Below are positions 11,070 through 21,142 of a stretch of DNA of 64,000 nucleotides, in pieces. Positions within the stretch are counted from its first letter, which is position 1. Every line of letters starts with the position of its first letter. Below the pieces are notes generated by a model. It was not told the origin of the DNA. It saw only the letters and a list, made by a program, of their open reading frames with translations, and did not search any database. The DNA comes from Christensenella sp. (GTDB lineage: Bacteria > Bacillota > Clostridia > Christensenellales > UBA3700), in assembly GCA_022784465.1 (NCBI GenBank), contig JALFUR010000008.1:3349-67348 (forward strand). Direction: 5' to 3'. The position numbers were made by a program, and so were the translations under genes.

Positions 11070-12617
11070 TTATATTTGCTTATATAATTCTATATATTGA
11101 TCAGCTATTGTCTTCCATGAGAAATCTTTTTTCATTCCATTATGAACGACCTTTGCCCAATCATCTTTATAGTCTCTATATAATCCGACTGCTCTTTCAA
11201 TAGCGTTCAGCATGTCAGAAGCATTATAGGTAGCAAAAGTAAACCCATCGCCTGTGCCATCTACATGATTATAAGCTTGAACCGTATCTTTTAATCCTCC
11301 AGTCAATCTTACGATTGGAACTGAAGCATAGCGCATTGCTATCATTTGCGATAATCCGCATGGTTCAAATTTAGATGGCATCAAAAACATGTCTGAAGCT
11401 CCATAAATCTTACTAGCCATATCAGCGGAGAAATTGATTATAGCTCTTAGTTTTCCAGGATATCTTGATTGCATATCTTTTAAGATATTTTCATATTTCC
11501 AATCTCCTGTTCCTAAAACTACTACTTGAACATCCATATTTAAGATTTTGTCCATAACTGCTGTTACCAAATCTATTCCTTTTTGGTGTGTTAATCTTCC
11601 AACCATACCAATCATAGGAACATTTTCATTTTCTGGTAAGCCTAAAAGTCTTTGTAAACCAACTTTATTAAACTTTTTGTTTTCCAAAGAATTAATGTCA
11701 TAGTTTACAAATAATGACTTATCCGTTTTTGGATTGTTCTTTTCCTCATCAATTCCGTTGATAATGCCAGATAATTTAAACTTTCTTTGTCTTAAAATAT
11801 CTTGCATTCCATATCCGTAGAATGGATCAAGAATTTCATTTGCATACGAAGGAGATACTGTTGTAACCCTTGCTGCGCTTTCGATTCCACCTTTCATATA
11901 ATTTGCACAATCTTTATATCTAACTAATTTTGATTGATCGTAATTTAATCCAAGAACATCTCCAATTATTCCTTCCCCGTATTGTCCTTGGAATTCAATA
12001 TTATGTATTGTAAATACAGTTTGAATGTTTTTGCAATATTCATCGCCTCTATAGAAGCAATCTAAAAATACTGGAGTTAATGCTGTATGCCAGTCATTTG
12101 CATGAATGATATCCGGTTTAAAATCTATAATCTTTAATACTTCTAAAACCGCTTTAGAAAAGAATGCAAATCTTTCTCCATCGTCATAATGACCATATAG
12201 CCCATGTCTTTTAAAATAATATTCGTTATCTAAGAAATAATAAATAACTCCTTGATAATTATACATAAATACACCACAATATTGGCTTCTCCATGATACT
12301 TGAACATAACAATTACCAAGATATTGCATATTGTTTTTAAACTCTTGTGGGATACCTAAATATAGAGGCAACATTACTCTTGCATCAATACCTTTCTCGC
12401 ACAAAGCCTTAGGTAAAGCCCCTGCAACATCTGCAAGGCCTCCTGTTTTAATAAAAGGAACAGCTTCCCCTGCAATAAATAAAACTTTTTTGCTAAATTG
12501 TGTTTTATTTTCAATTTTTGTCTTTGGAGCAGCAGCAACCGGCTTTTTAACTTCTTTAGCCTTTGCTACCTTTTGTGTCTTTGGTGCTGTTTTTACAGCC
12601 TTCTTTGTGTTTGCCAT
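11070..12617 (-). CDS. glgA: Glycogen synthase with N-terminal Lys/Ala-rich extension (start reassigned to ATG 12617)
   Basis: KTGGLADV, HANDWH, FEPCGLSQ; AGGAGG SD 9 nt before ATG 12617. Confidence 0.95.
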   Translation of the reverse strand: MANTKKAVKTAPKTQKVAKAKEVKKPVAAAPKTKIENKTQFSKKVLFIAGEAVPFIKTGGLADVAGALPKALCEKGIDARVMLPLYLGIPQEFKNNMQYLGNCYVQVSWRSQYCGVFMYNYQGVIYYFLDNEYYFKRHGLYGHYDDGERFAFFSKAVLEVLKIIDFKPDIIHANDWHTALTPVFLDCFYRGDEYCKNIQTVFTIHNIEFQGQYGEGIIGDVLGLNYDQSKLVRYKDCANYMKGGIESAARVTTVSPSYANEILDPFYGYGMQDILRQRKFKLSGIINGIDEEKNNPKTDKSLFVNYDINSLENKKFNKVGLQRLLGLPENENVPMIGMVGRLTHQKGIDLVTAVMDKILNMDVQVVVLGTGDWKYENILKDMQSRYPGKLRAIINFSADMASKIYGASDMFLMPSKFEPCGLSQMIAMRYASVPIVRLTGGLKDTVQAYNHVDGTGDGFTFATYNASDMLNAIERAVGLYRDYKDDWAKVVHNGMKKDFSWKTIADQYIELYKQI

Positions 12618-12631
12618 ATGCAAAAACCTCC

Positions 12632-13747
12632 TTAAACAGTTTTATTTTTTACTATAACTATTGGATAAGAATTTGTGCCACTTATTCCCTTTTCTTCTGT
12701 AACTGTAACATTTTTATCTGTAATTACATAATCTAAAGATGCATTTTTCATTACACGACCATTTTCCATGATTATTGAATTAGTAATTTCTGCTCCTTCT
12801 TCAACTTTTACACCACGGAATAAAATACTATTAACTACTTTACCATTAATATCACAACCATCAGCGATTAATGAATTTTCAACAGTTGCATGAGCTCTAT
12901 ATCTTGTTGGAACGCTGTCCTTAACTTTCGTATAAACCTTTGCACCTTCAACTCCAAATAAATCATCTCTTACTTGTTCTTGAAGAATCTTCATGCTTTC
13001 GTTGTAGTAAGATTTAACATCATCTATAAGTGCACAATGGCCATTTACATGATAAGAATAAATCTTTAATTCGCTAGACTTTTGTTGTATTATGTTTTTC
13101 TCAAAATCTACAAAACCTCTTTCAAAAGTATCTCTAACTAATCTTATTAGAAGTTCTGTCTTTAATAGATACACATTGATTCCAATTTCACACTCTTCTT
13201 TAGAAGCAACTTGTGTGATTCTTGTTCCAACAACTCTAGAATCTTTATCTAAATCTAACAAAACTCTCTTTGATGTTGTTGGATTTGAAGTATATGTAAG
13301 CATAGTAATATCTGCACCTTTTTCTAAATGCTTAGCATAAACATCATCAAAATCGATATTGGCAATAACATTACTATTTGTGATAATTACATATTCTTCA
13401 GATGCTTTCTCGAAGAACTCCATAATACCATATAAAGCTTCAATCTTTCCTTTAAATACACTTCTTGTTGTATTAGAAGCATATGGAGGGAAAACTGTAA
13501 TACCGCCATTTTTTCTATTTAAATCCCAATCTCTACCCATTCTAATATGGTCCATTAAAGAAGAATAATTTGAACGAGTAATAATTCCTATTTGTGTAAT
13601 TTGGCTATTTACCAAATTAGACAAAGTAAAGTCTATACATCTATATCTACCAAATATTGGAAGAGAAGCTGCAGTTCTATGTAATGTTAATTCATTCAAT
13701 TTTGTTTCTTGATCACTTGCAAAAATAACGCTCATTATATTATTCAT
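12632..13747 (-). CDS. glgD: Glucose-1-phosphate adenylyltransferase subunit GlgD
   Basis: GRYRCIDFTLSN, WDLNRKNGG, lacks the catalytic GGxG motif, C-terminal beta-helix; follows glgC. Confidence 0.93.
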   Translation of the reverse strand: MNNIMSVIFASDQETKLNELTLHRTAASLPIFGRYRCIDFTLSNLVNSQITQIGIITRSNYSSLMDHIRMGRDWDLNRKNGGITVFPPYASNTTRSVFKGKIEALYGIMEFFEKASEEYVIITNSNVIANIDFDDVYAKHLEKGADITMLTYTSNPTTSKRVLLDLDKDSRVVGTRITQVASKEECEIGINVYLLKTELLIRLVRDTFERGFVDFEKNIIQQKSSELKIYSYHVNGHCALIDDVKSYYNESMKILQEQVRDDLFGVEGAKVYTKVKDSVPTRYRAHATVENSLIADGCDINGKVVNSILFRGVKVEEGAEITNSIIMENGRVMKNASLDYVITDKNVTVTEEKGISGTNSYPIVIVKNKTV

Positions 13748-13758
13748 AGCTGCACCTC

Positions 13759-14952
13759 CTAGTCAACCATTGCCTTAACAGGCACTACTTCGTTTTCTTT
13801 AACTTTTGCGTTTGGACCTACAACTGTAATTTGCCATTCGCCTTTAACTGGTCCTACTTGAGTATCTCCAACTTTTGCATTTTTATTTACAACAGCATTT
13901 TGTCCAACTATTGCAAATCTTACATCTGCGCCTTCTTCAATGTGAGCATTTGGCATAATGTTGCAATTCTCAACATATGCTCCTTTTGCGATTCTAACAC
14001 CAGAGGAGATAACGCTATTGATAACTGTTCCCTCAATTTCACAACCTTCTGTAACCAAAGAGTTAACAATCTTTCCTGTTTGTCCAATATAGTGAGGTGG
14101 CTCAGCTGCATTTCTTGCATAAATTTTCCAAGAATTATCATCTAAGTTTATTCCAGATTCTTCGTTGATTATATCCATATTTGCTTCCCATAAACTTGCA
14201 ATAGTACCAACGTCTTTCCAATAGCCTTCAAAATTATATGCAAATAATTTTTGACCATCTTTAAGCATGTTTGGAATGATATTTTTTCCAAAGTCATTGC
14301 TTGATTTTGGATCTGCTTCATCCTCAATTAAATATTTTCTCAATTTTTGCCAATTGAAAATATAAATACCCATAGAAGCATTTGTGCTCTTTGGTTGTTT
14401 AGGTTTTTCCTCAAATTCGTATACTGAATTATCTGGATTTGTATTCATAATTCCAAATCTTGATGCTTCTTCGATTGGAACATTAATTACTGCTATTGTG
14501 CAATCTGAACCTTTTTCTTTATGATAATCTAGCATTTTATCATAATCCATTTTATAGATGTGATCGCCTGATAAGATAAGTACATATTCTGGAGAAAACT
14601 TATCAATAAATGCAATATTTTGATAAATTGCGTTTGCTGTTCCCTTATACCAGTCTCCTGACTCTCCTGTAACATAAGGTGGTAAAACAAAAACTCCTCC
14701 GTTTAATCTGTCTAAGTCCCAAGGTTGACCATTACCTATATATTGGTTTAAGTCAAAAGGCTTATATTGTGTCAAAACACCAATTGTATCAATATTTGAA
14801 TTTATACAATTTGATAATGGAAAATCTATAATTCTATATTTTCCACCAAAGGAAACCGCAGGCTTTGCTACATCTCTAGTTAGAGAATAAAGTCTCGTTC
14901 CTTGTCCTCCTGCTAATAACATTGCTACACATTCTTTCTTATTAGAAAACAT
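13759..14952 (-). CDS. glgC: Glucose-1-phosphate adenylyltransferase
   Basis: [46 protein letters not shown]. Confidence 0.97.
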   Translation of the reverse strand: MFSNKKECVAMLLAGGQGTRLYSLTRDVAKPAVSFGGKYRIIDFPLSNCINSNIDTIGVLTQYKPFDLNQYIGNGQPWDLDRLNGGVFVLPPYVTGESGDWYKGTANAIYQNIAFIDKFSPEYVLILSGDHIYKMDYDKMLDYHKEKGSDCTIAVINVPIEEASRFGIMNTNPDNSVYEFEEKPKQPKSTNASMGIYIFNWQKLRKYLIEDEADPKSSNDFGKNIIPNMLKDGQKLFAYNFEGYWKDVGTIASLWEANMDIINEESGINLDDNSWKIYARNAAEPPHYIGQTGKIVNSLVTEGCEIEGTVINSVISSGVRIAKGAYVENCNIMPNAHIEEGADVRFAIVGQNAVVNKNAKVGDTQVGPVKGEWQITVVGPNAKVKENEVVPVKAMVD

Positions 14953-14966
14953 GTAATATATCCTCC

Positions 14967-16874
14967 TTAATCTATAACTTTCTTTTTCTTTGTCTTTCTA
15001 ACAGGCTTTGGTTTAATATATTGAACGCTGTTTGCTGGAATATGAATATTGATATATTGCTTTTCTCCATGCATTTCGCCTGCCACCGCTTTATATTTAA
15101 CTGGCGAGTTTCCACATCCGCCATACAATTTGCTATCTGAGTTTAGGACAACATTATATGTTGTATTATCTGGTACTCCTATAGAATAATCCTTTCTTTC
15201 AACAGGTGAGAAATTAACAACAATAATTGTATAGTCTCCTTGTTTATCAAATCTCTTAAACACTACAATGTTTTGAGTATTATCATCAGGAATTATCCAC
15301 TTAAATCCATCATACGTTGTATCTAATTCATACATTTCTTTATGAGACAAATAATATTTGTTCAAATCTTTTACAAAAGTTTGCAAATTTCTATGAGAAT
15401 CGTAATCTAATAAAAACCAATCTAATTGCTTTTTAAAATCCCATTCAATAAATTGTCCAAACTCACATCCCATAAACAATAGCTTTTTGCCTGGATGCGC
15501 CATCATGAATCCCATAAAAGCTTTATCTCCATCAAATTTTTCTTGATATTCTCCTGGCATTTTATTTAGTAAAGAGGCTTTACCATGAACAACCTCATCA
15601 TGTGAAATTGGCAAAATAAAGTTCTCGCTATATGCATATGTTATTGAGAAAGTTACATTATTATGCATATCTTTTCTGAAAAATGGATTTGCCGAAACAT
15701 ATCTTAACATATCATTCATCCAACCCATATTCCATTTATAGTTAAATCCAAGTCCGCCATCAAATGGTGGCTTTGTAATCATAGGAAATGCTGTAGATTC
15801 TTCAGCAATCATTATTACTCCTGGATTTTCAGATAAAATTGCAGTATTTAAAGCTCTTAAGAAATCTATAGCCTCTAGATTATAATTTCCTCCACCAATA
15901 TTTGGTCTCCATTCTCCGTCTTTTCTTCCGTAATCTAGATAAAGCATTGATGCAACTGCATCAACTCTTATTCCATCCACGTGAAATTCTTTTGTCCAAT
16001 ACGTTGCAGAAGAAATCAAAAATGATTGAACTTCCTTTTTCGCAAAATCGAAAATTCTAGTACCCCATTCTTTATGTTCACATTTAAGTTCATCTTCATA
16101 TTCATAAGTCTTACAACCATCAAATTCATACAATCCATGTGCATCTTTTGGGAAATGAGCAATAACCCAATCTAATAAAACTCCTATTCCGTTTCTATGA
16201 AGAGTATCAATAAAATATTTAAAATCGTCTGGCGTTCCATATCTTGATGTTGGAGCAAACATTCCCGTGACTTGATAACCCCAACTTCCATCAAATGGAT
16301 ATTCTGTAACTGGCAAGATTTCTACGTGAGTATAGTTCATCTCTTTTACATATTGAACTAATTCATTAGCTATATCTCTATAATTCATTACATTCCCATC
16401 AGCATGTCTTCTCCAACTACCAAGATGTAATTCATATATATTCATTGGACTTTCGTAGGTGTTTACTGTAGCCCTATTTTTTAACCATTTTGCATCTGAC
16501 CATTTATACGTAGACTTATACAATTTAGATGCATTCTGAGGAGCCGTTTCCGCATGAAGAGCATATGGGTCGGCTTTCATTAAAATTCTGCCGTCTCTTG
16601 CTTCAATGCTGTATTTATAAATATCGTAAATCTTAGCACCTTCAACAAATCCTTCCCAGATTTCTTCTCCGACTTTTGACATTGGGTGCTTTGATCTATC
16701 CCATGCATTAAAATCTCCAACAACACTTACACTTTTAGCATGAGGAGCCCATACTCTAAAAATCCAGCCCTCTTTTCCGTTGACTACTTGTTCTTGTGGA
16801 CTAAAAAGCTTATATGCTTGATGATTTGTTCCCTCATGAAAGAAATAAATTGGTGCTTTTAATGTCTCTTGCAT
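14967..16874 (-). CDS. glgB: 1,4-alpha-glucan branching enzyme
   Basis: [38 protein letters not shown]. Confidence 0.97.
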   Translation of the reverse strand: MQETLKAPIYFFHEGTNHQAYKLFSPQEQVVNGKEGWIFRVWAPHAKSVSVVGDFNAWDRSKHPMSKVGEEIWEGFVEGAKIYDIYKYSIEARDGRILMKADPYALHAETAPQNASKLYKSTYKWSDAKWLKNRATVNTYESPMNIYELHLGSWRRHADGNVMNYRDIANELVQYVKEMNYTHVEILPVTEYPFDGSWGYQVTGMFAPTSRYGTPDDFKYFIDTLHRNGIGVLLDWVIAHFPKDAHGLYEFDGCKTYEYEDELKCEHKEWGTRIFDFAKKEVQSFLISSATYWTKEFHVDGIRVDAVASMLYLDYGRKDGEWRPNIGGGNYNLEAIDFLRALNTAILSENPGVIMIAEESTAFPMITKPPFDGGLGFNYKWNMGWMNDMLRYVSANPFFRKDMHNNVTFSITYAYSENFILPISHDEVVHGKASLLNKMPGEYQEKFDGDKAFMGFMMAHPGKKLLFMGCEFGQFIEWDFKKQLDWFLLDYDSHRNLQTFVKDLNKYYLSHKEMYELDTTYDGFKWIIPDDNTQNIVVFKRFDKQGDYTIIVVNFSPVERKDYSIGVPDNTTYNVVLNSDSKLYGGCGNSPVKYKAVAGEMHGEKQYINIHIPANSVQYIKPKPVRKTKKKKVID

Positions 16875-16904
16875 TACGAATCTCCTTTACGTTTTATTAA
16901 TAAA

Positions 16905-16933
16905 ATTATAACATTTGCGCGCGTGAGATTCAA
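16905..16933 (-). promoter_or_regulatory. Sigma-A promoter of the glg operon
   Basis: Minus strand TTGAAT-17 nt-TATAAT with extended TGn; AGGAG SD before glgB. Confidence 0.8.
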
Positions 16934-16996
16934 CAAATATATGACAAAAATGAACTGTTTAAACCAGTTTTTTAGGGTAAATTTGACAAGAAAATA

Positions 16997-17036
16997 ATAA
17001 AAAATGTGACTTGCAATTTAGTTGCAATGAGTCACA
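16997..17036 (-). terminator. Intrinsic terminator after malL-cobB
   Basis: TGTGACT..TTGCAA / TTGCAA.GTCACA stem followed by a T-tract on the minus strand. Confidence 0.65.
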
Positions 17037-17049
17037 AAAAATAGCAGCC

Positions 17050-17769
17050 TCAAAATTGAGAGAAAATCTCGCCGAGCGAGGCATGAATTAGTAGGTCTGC
17101 TTTGTCATCAGCTGGAGTTGTTGATTTGTTTATTAAAACAAGTTTGTTGCCATTATAGAAATCTATTAAACTTGCAGCCGGCTGAACAATTAGAGAGGTT
17201 CCTCCTACTATAAGAACATCCGCTTGTGAAATTAGTTTTATAGATTCTTTAATCGTGCTGTTGTCTAATGGCTCTTCATATAAGACAACATCGGGCTTTA
17301 CAATGCCTCCGCATTTACATTTTGGAATAGAACCGCTATTTTTTATAAACTCTGCATTATAAAATGATCCACAACTTTGACAATAATTTCTATGTATTGA
17401 CCCATGTAATTCTAGTACATTTTTAGAGCCTGCGATTTGATGCAATCCATCAATATTTTGAGTTACAATGCCTTTTAATTTTCCTTGTTTTTCTAATTGC
17501 GCTAATTTTATATGCGTTATATTTGGCTTCGCATCAAGAATAAGCATCTTGTTTTTGTAAAATCTAAAGAACTCTTCCGTGTTAGATAAATAAAAAGAAT
17601 GGGATATAATTCTCTCTGGAGGATAAGCGTATTCTTGATTATACAATCCGTCAACGCTTCTAAAATCCGGAATGCCTGATTCCGTACTTACCCCTGCTCC
17701 CCCAAAGAACACTATGTTTGTAGAATTAGATATCCATTCTTTTAAAATATCAAGTTTATTATTGTCCAT
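17050..17769 (-). CDS. cobB: NAD-dependent protein deacylase (sirtuin)
   Basis: GAGVSTESGIPDFRS, TQNIDGLH, HGS, CxxC...CxC zinc site, KPDVVLYEE. Confidence 0.93.
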   Translation of the reverse strand: MDNNKLDILKEWISNSTNIVFFGGAGVSTESGIPDFRSVDGLYNQEYAYPPERIISHSFYLSNTEEFFRFYKNKMLILDAKPNITHIKLAQLEKQGKLKGIVTQNIDGLHQIAGSKNVLELHGSIHRNYCQSCGSFYNAEFIKNSGSIPKCKCGGIVKPDVVLYEEPLDNSTIKESIKLISQADVLIVGGTSLIVQPAASLIDFYNGNKLVLINKSTTPADDKADLLIHASLGEIFSQF

Positions 17770-17788
17770 TTTTATTACTTGTATAGAC

Positions 17789-19489
17789 TTATTCCTCTAT
17801 TTCAAATACTGTAGCTTCAAATGGTTTTAGTGTGTAATTTTGCAATGTTAAAGTATTAATCTCATCATAATTACTTATAGCAATGCTAGATGTTTTACAT
17901 ACAAGTCCTTGTGGTACTTTAAATTTGATTTCCTTGTTTTTAAAGTTACAAACAACAAAATATGACTTGTTTTGAAGCTTCCTTTGATATACAAACAAAT
18001 CCTTGCTTTTTTCATAATATGGAATATAACTTCCCTTTATGATTATTTCTTTTCCTTTTCTAAAAGCAATAAACTTTTTGTAGAAATTTAAGATACTATT
18101 TGGATCTTCTTCACTTGCTTTTACGTTTATTTGTTTATAGTTTGGATTGATATACATCCAAGGCGTTGCGGTTGAGAAACCAGCATTTTCAGAATCGTTC
18201 CATTGCATAGGTGTTCTAGCGTGATCTCTTGCTCTTTTCGCCATAGCTTTTCTTGCAATTGGCATTAGTGGTGGACAAACCTTTTTCATAATGCCAAAAA
18301 TTCGTCTTGCCATAATATCTTTATATTCATCATCTTTTAGAACCATATTTGTCATTCCGATTTCTTGTCCTTGATAAACATATGGCGTACCTCTTTGCAT
18401 TTGCATTGCAACAAGAAGCATTTTTGCAGCATACTCTTTATTCTCTTGGCAATAGCCTACAAATCTTGGCCAGCTTCTTGGTTGATCGTGGTTTTCTAAG
18501 AACAACGTAGGTTGAGAAGTTAATGGCAAAGTTTGCCAATTTGATAAAATCTTTTTAAACTTTACTAAATTAAATTTCTTAGGAAAAACCATTAGTATTG
18601 AATCAGGAGTTGTAACATGTTCAAAAGAAAATACTGAATCTAATTCTTGTACTGATTCGTCAATACTGTTAAATGCATCTTTAAATGTTATTCCTTGAGA
18701 CTCTCCTACAGTCATTGAATCCCACTTTCCAAAAGCTTTTTGATTCAATTCATGCATAAACTCATGATATCTTGGTCCCATACAATAATTATGCTTTCCC
18801 ATAAGAGGTGCATCTTTTAATAGAGAACCATTTGGAAGATTGCCATTTTTATCATAAACCTTTGATATGTAAGTTATAACGTCACATCTAAAGCCATCTA
18901 CTCCAAGTTCAAACCAGTAATTACAAATATCTGCTACTTCTTGTCTTACCTTTGGGTTCTCCCAGTTTAAATCGGGTTGTTTCTCAGAAAACAAATGCAA
19001 ATAATATTCACCTGTTAATTCATCATATTTCCAGGCAGGGCCTACGAAATTCGACATCCAGTTATTAGGAGTTTTTTTACCGTTTTTGCCTCTACCTTTT
19101 CTCCAAATATAGTAATCTCTATATGGATTATCTTTTGATTTTCTGCTTTCTTGGAACCATTTATGCTCATCAGATGTATGGTTTACAACTAAATCCATTA
19201 TTAGTTTAATGCCTCTATCGTGCATACCTTTTACCATTTCTTTAAAATCATCTAATGTACCAAACTCGTCCATTATATCTCTATAATCTGATATATCATA
19301 TCCATTGTCATCATTTGGTGATTTATAAATAGGAGAAAGCCATACTGCATTTACACCTAAATCTTTTATGTAATCCAATTTTGAAATAATACCTTGTATA
19401 TCTCCTATTCCATCTCCGTTAGAATCACAAAAACTTCTTGGATATATTTGATATACCACTGCATCTTTATACCATAATGTTTTTTCCAT
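17789..19489 (-). CDS. malL: GH13 oligo-1,6-glucosidase / alpha-glucosidase
   Basis: YQIYPRSF, DNGYDISDY, DLVVNHTSDEH, QPDLNW, GFRCD, ENHDQPR. Confidence 0.88.
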   Translation of the reverse strand: MEKTLWYKDAVVYQIYPRSFCDSNGDGIGDIQGIISKLDYIKDLGVNAVWLSPIYKSPNDDNGYDISDYRDIMDEFGTLDDFKEMVKGMHDRGIKLIMDLVVNHTSDEHKWFQESRKSKDNPYRDYYIWRKGRGKNGKKTPNNWMSNFVGPAWKYDELTGEYYLHLFSEKQPDLNWENPKVRQEVADICNYWFELGVDGFRCDVITYISKVYDKNGNLPNGSLLKDAPLMGKHNYCMGPRYHEFMHELNQKAFGKWDSMTVGESQGITFKDAFNSIDESVQELDSVFSFEHVTTPDSILMVFPKKFNLVKFKKILSNWQTLPLTSQPTLFLENHDQPRSWPRFVGYCQENKEYAAKMLLVAMQMQRGTPYVYQGQEIGMTNMVLKDDEYKDIMARRIFGIMKKVCPPLMPIARKAMAKRARDHARTPMQWNDSENAGFSTATPWMYINPNYKQINVKASEEDPNSILNFYKKFIAFRKGKEIIIKGSYIPYYEKSKDLFVYQRKLQNKSYFVVCNFKNKEIKFKVPQGLVCKTSSIAISNYDEINTLTLQNYTLKPFEATVFEIEE

Positions 19490-19588
19490 AATCCCTCCTA
19501 GTACTCTTATATTTTATCATAATTATTAATAAGTGAATATCCTCATTTTGATTTGACTATCTTTTGTCAATATCGTTAGAATAATGAC

Positions 19589-21142
19589 ATGAGTATTTTG
19601 ACAATAACTGGACTAAGTCACATTTTTGATAACAAACAACTTTTTGATAATGCTTCCCTAACTGTTAACAATGGTGAGCATATTGGTGTTGTTGGACTAA
19701 ATGGCGCCGGTAAATCTACTTTTATGAACATAATATCTGGAAAACTATCTCACGATTCCGGCGAGATAAAATGGCTTAATGGAATTAGATGGGGATATTT
19801 GGATCAACAGGCAACAATTGATAGATCTTTAACAGTTATGGAATACTTAAAAACATCCTTTCAGCACCTATATGAACTTAATGATTCACTAGAAAAAATA
19901 TATGAACAAATGGGCTCTATAGAAGATATGGATGAGTTAGACAGATTAGTGCTTAAATCATCTAAAATGCAAGAAAGGCTTGAAGAGGCTAACTTCTATG
20001 ATCTTGAAGCAGAAATAAAAAAAGTCGCTACAGGTTTAGGAATTCATAACTATGGCTATGACACTTCGGTTTCTAAATTGAGTGGCGGACAACGCGCAAA
20101 ATTAATGCTAGCTAAGCTATTATTACAAAAACTTGATGTAATGCTTCTAGATGAACCAACCAATTTTTTAGATTTAGAACAAATCGAATGGCTAAACAAA
20201 TATTTAAATAGCTTTAAAGGAACATTCATTTTAATTTCTCATGATACTCGTTTTTTGAATGATACATGTAAGATTATTATTAATATTGAAAATGCACAAA
20301 TAGTTAAATATTGGTGCTCTTATGATGAATACTTAATTCAACACGAGCAAAAAGCACAACAATATGCAGACAACTATGAGAGACAGCAAAGAGAAATAAA
20401 GAAAATGGAAGAATATATAGCAAGAAATAAAGCTAGAGCTGCCACTGCAGGAATGGCCAATTCAAGACAGAAAATGTTAGATAAAATTGAAATATTACAA
20501 AAGCCTATTAACGCAGAAAAGCCAACTTTTTCTTTCCCATATATTCAAGTAATTACTCGCCATATGTTAGAAGTAAAGGATTTGCTTATTGGCTACAACA
20601 ATAAGCCAATATTACCACCTATCAGTTTTTCTCTCGCATCTGATACCAAGTTATGGATAAGAGGAACTAATGGACTTGGAAAAACAACCCTACTTAAGAC
20701 TTTAATACACAAAATACCTTCTTTAGGCGGTTCTTTTGATTTCCATTTATCTTCTAAAATTAATTATGTAGAACAAGATTTAGAATTTAGATCCAATCAA
20801 ATTAGTGCTACTACTTTTATGAATGAAACCTTTCCTCGTATGAATTTCAAAGAGATAAGAAACCAACTTGCGCTTGTAGGATTAAAAGGCGAACTGGCAA
20901 CAAAGCCAGTGGGAAATCTATCCGGTGGAGAGCAGGTTAAAATAAAGTTGTGCTCTATTATGCAAAAAACCTCTAATATTCTCATACTTGATGAGCCAAC
21001 AAACCATTTGGATGTAAACGCAAAAGATGCACTATTTGAAGCACTAGCTAGTTATCCTGGAGCAATCTTACTTGTAACGCATGAACCAGAATATGCAGAA
21101 AGAATCTGCACTGATATATTTGATATCAAGGAAGAATACTAA
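19589..21142 (+). CDS. ABC-F family ATPase (YfmM-like translation factor)
   Basis: Two ABC domains (GLNGAGKST, LSGGQ, LLDEPTN; GTNGLGKTT, LSGGE, ILDEPTN), no TM segments, linker ARNKARAATAGMANSRQK. Confidence 0.9.
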   Translation: MSILTITGLSHIFDNKQLFDNASLTVNNGEHIGVVGLNGAGKSTFMNIISGKLSHDSGEIKWLNGIRWGYLDQQATIDRSLTVMEYLKTSFQHLYELNDSLEKIYEQMGSIEDMDELDRLVLKSSKMQERLEEANFYDLEAEIKKVATGLGIHNYGYDTSVSKLSGGQRAKLMLAKLLLQKLDVMLLDEPTNFLDLEQIEWLNKYLNSFKGTFILISHDTRFLNDTCKIIINIENAQIVKYWCSYDEYLIQHEQKAQQYADNYERQQREIKKMEEYIARNKARAATAGMANSRQKMLDKIEILQKPINAEKPTFSFPYIQVITRHMLEVKDLLIGYNNKPILPPISFSLASDTKLWIRGTNGLGKTTLLKTLIHKIPSLGGSFDFHLSSKINYVEQDLEFRSNQISATTFMNETFPRMNFKEIRNQLALVGLKGELATKPVGNLSGGEQVKIKLCSIMQKTSNILILDEPTNHLDVNAKDALFEALASYPGAILLVTHEPEYAERICTDIFDIKEEY

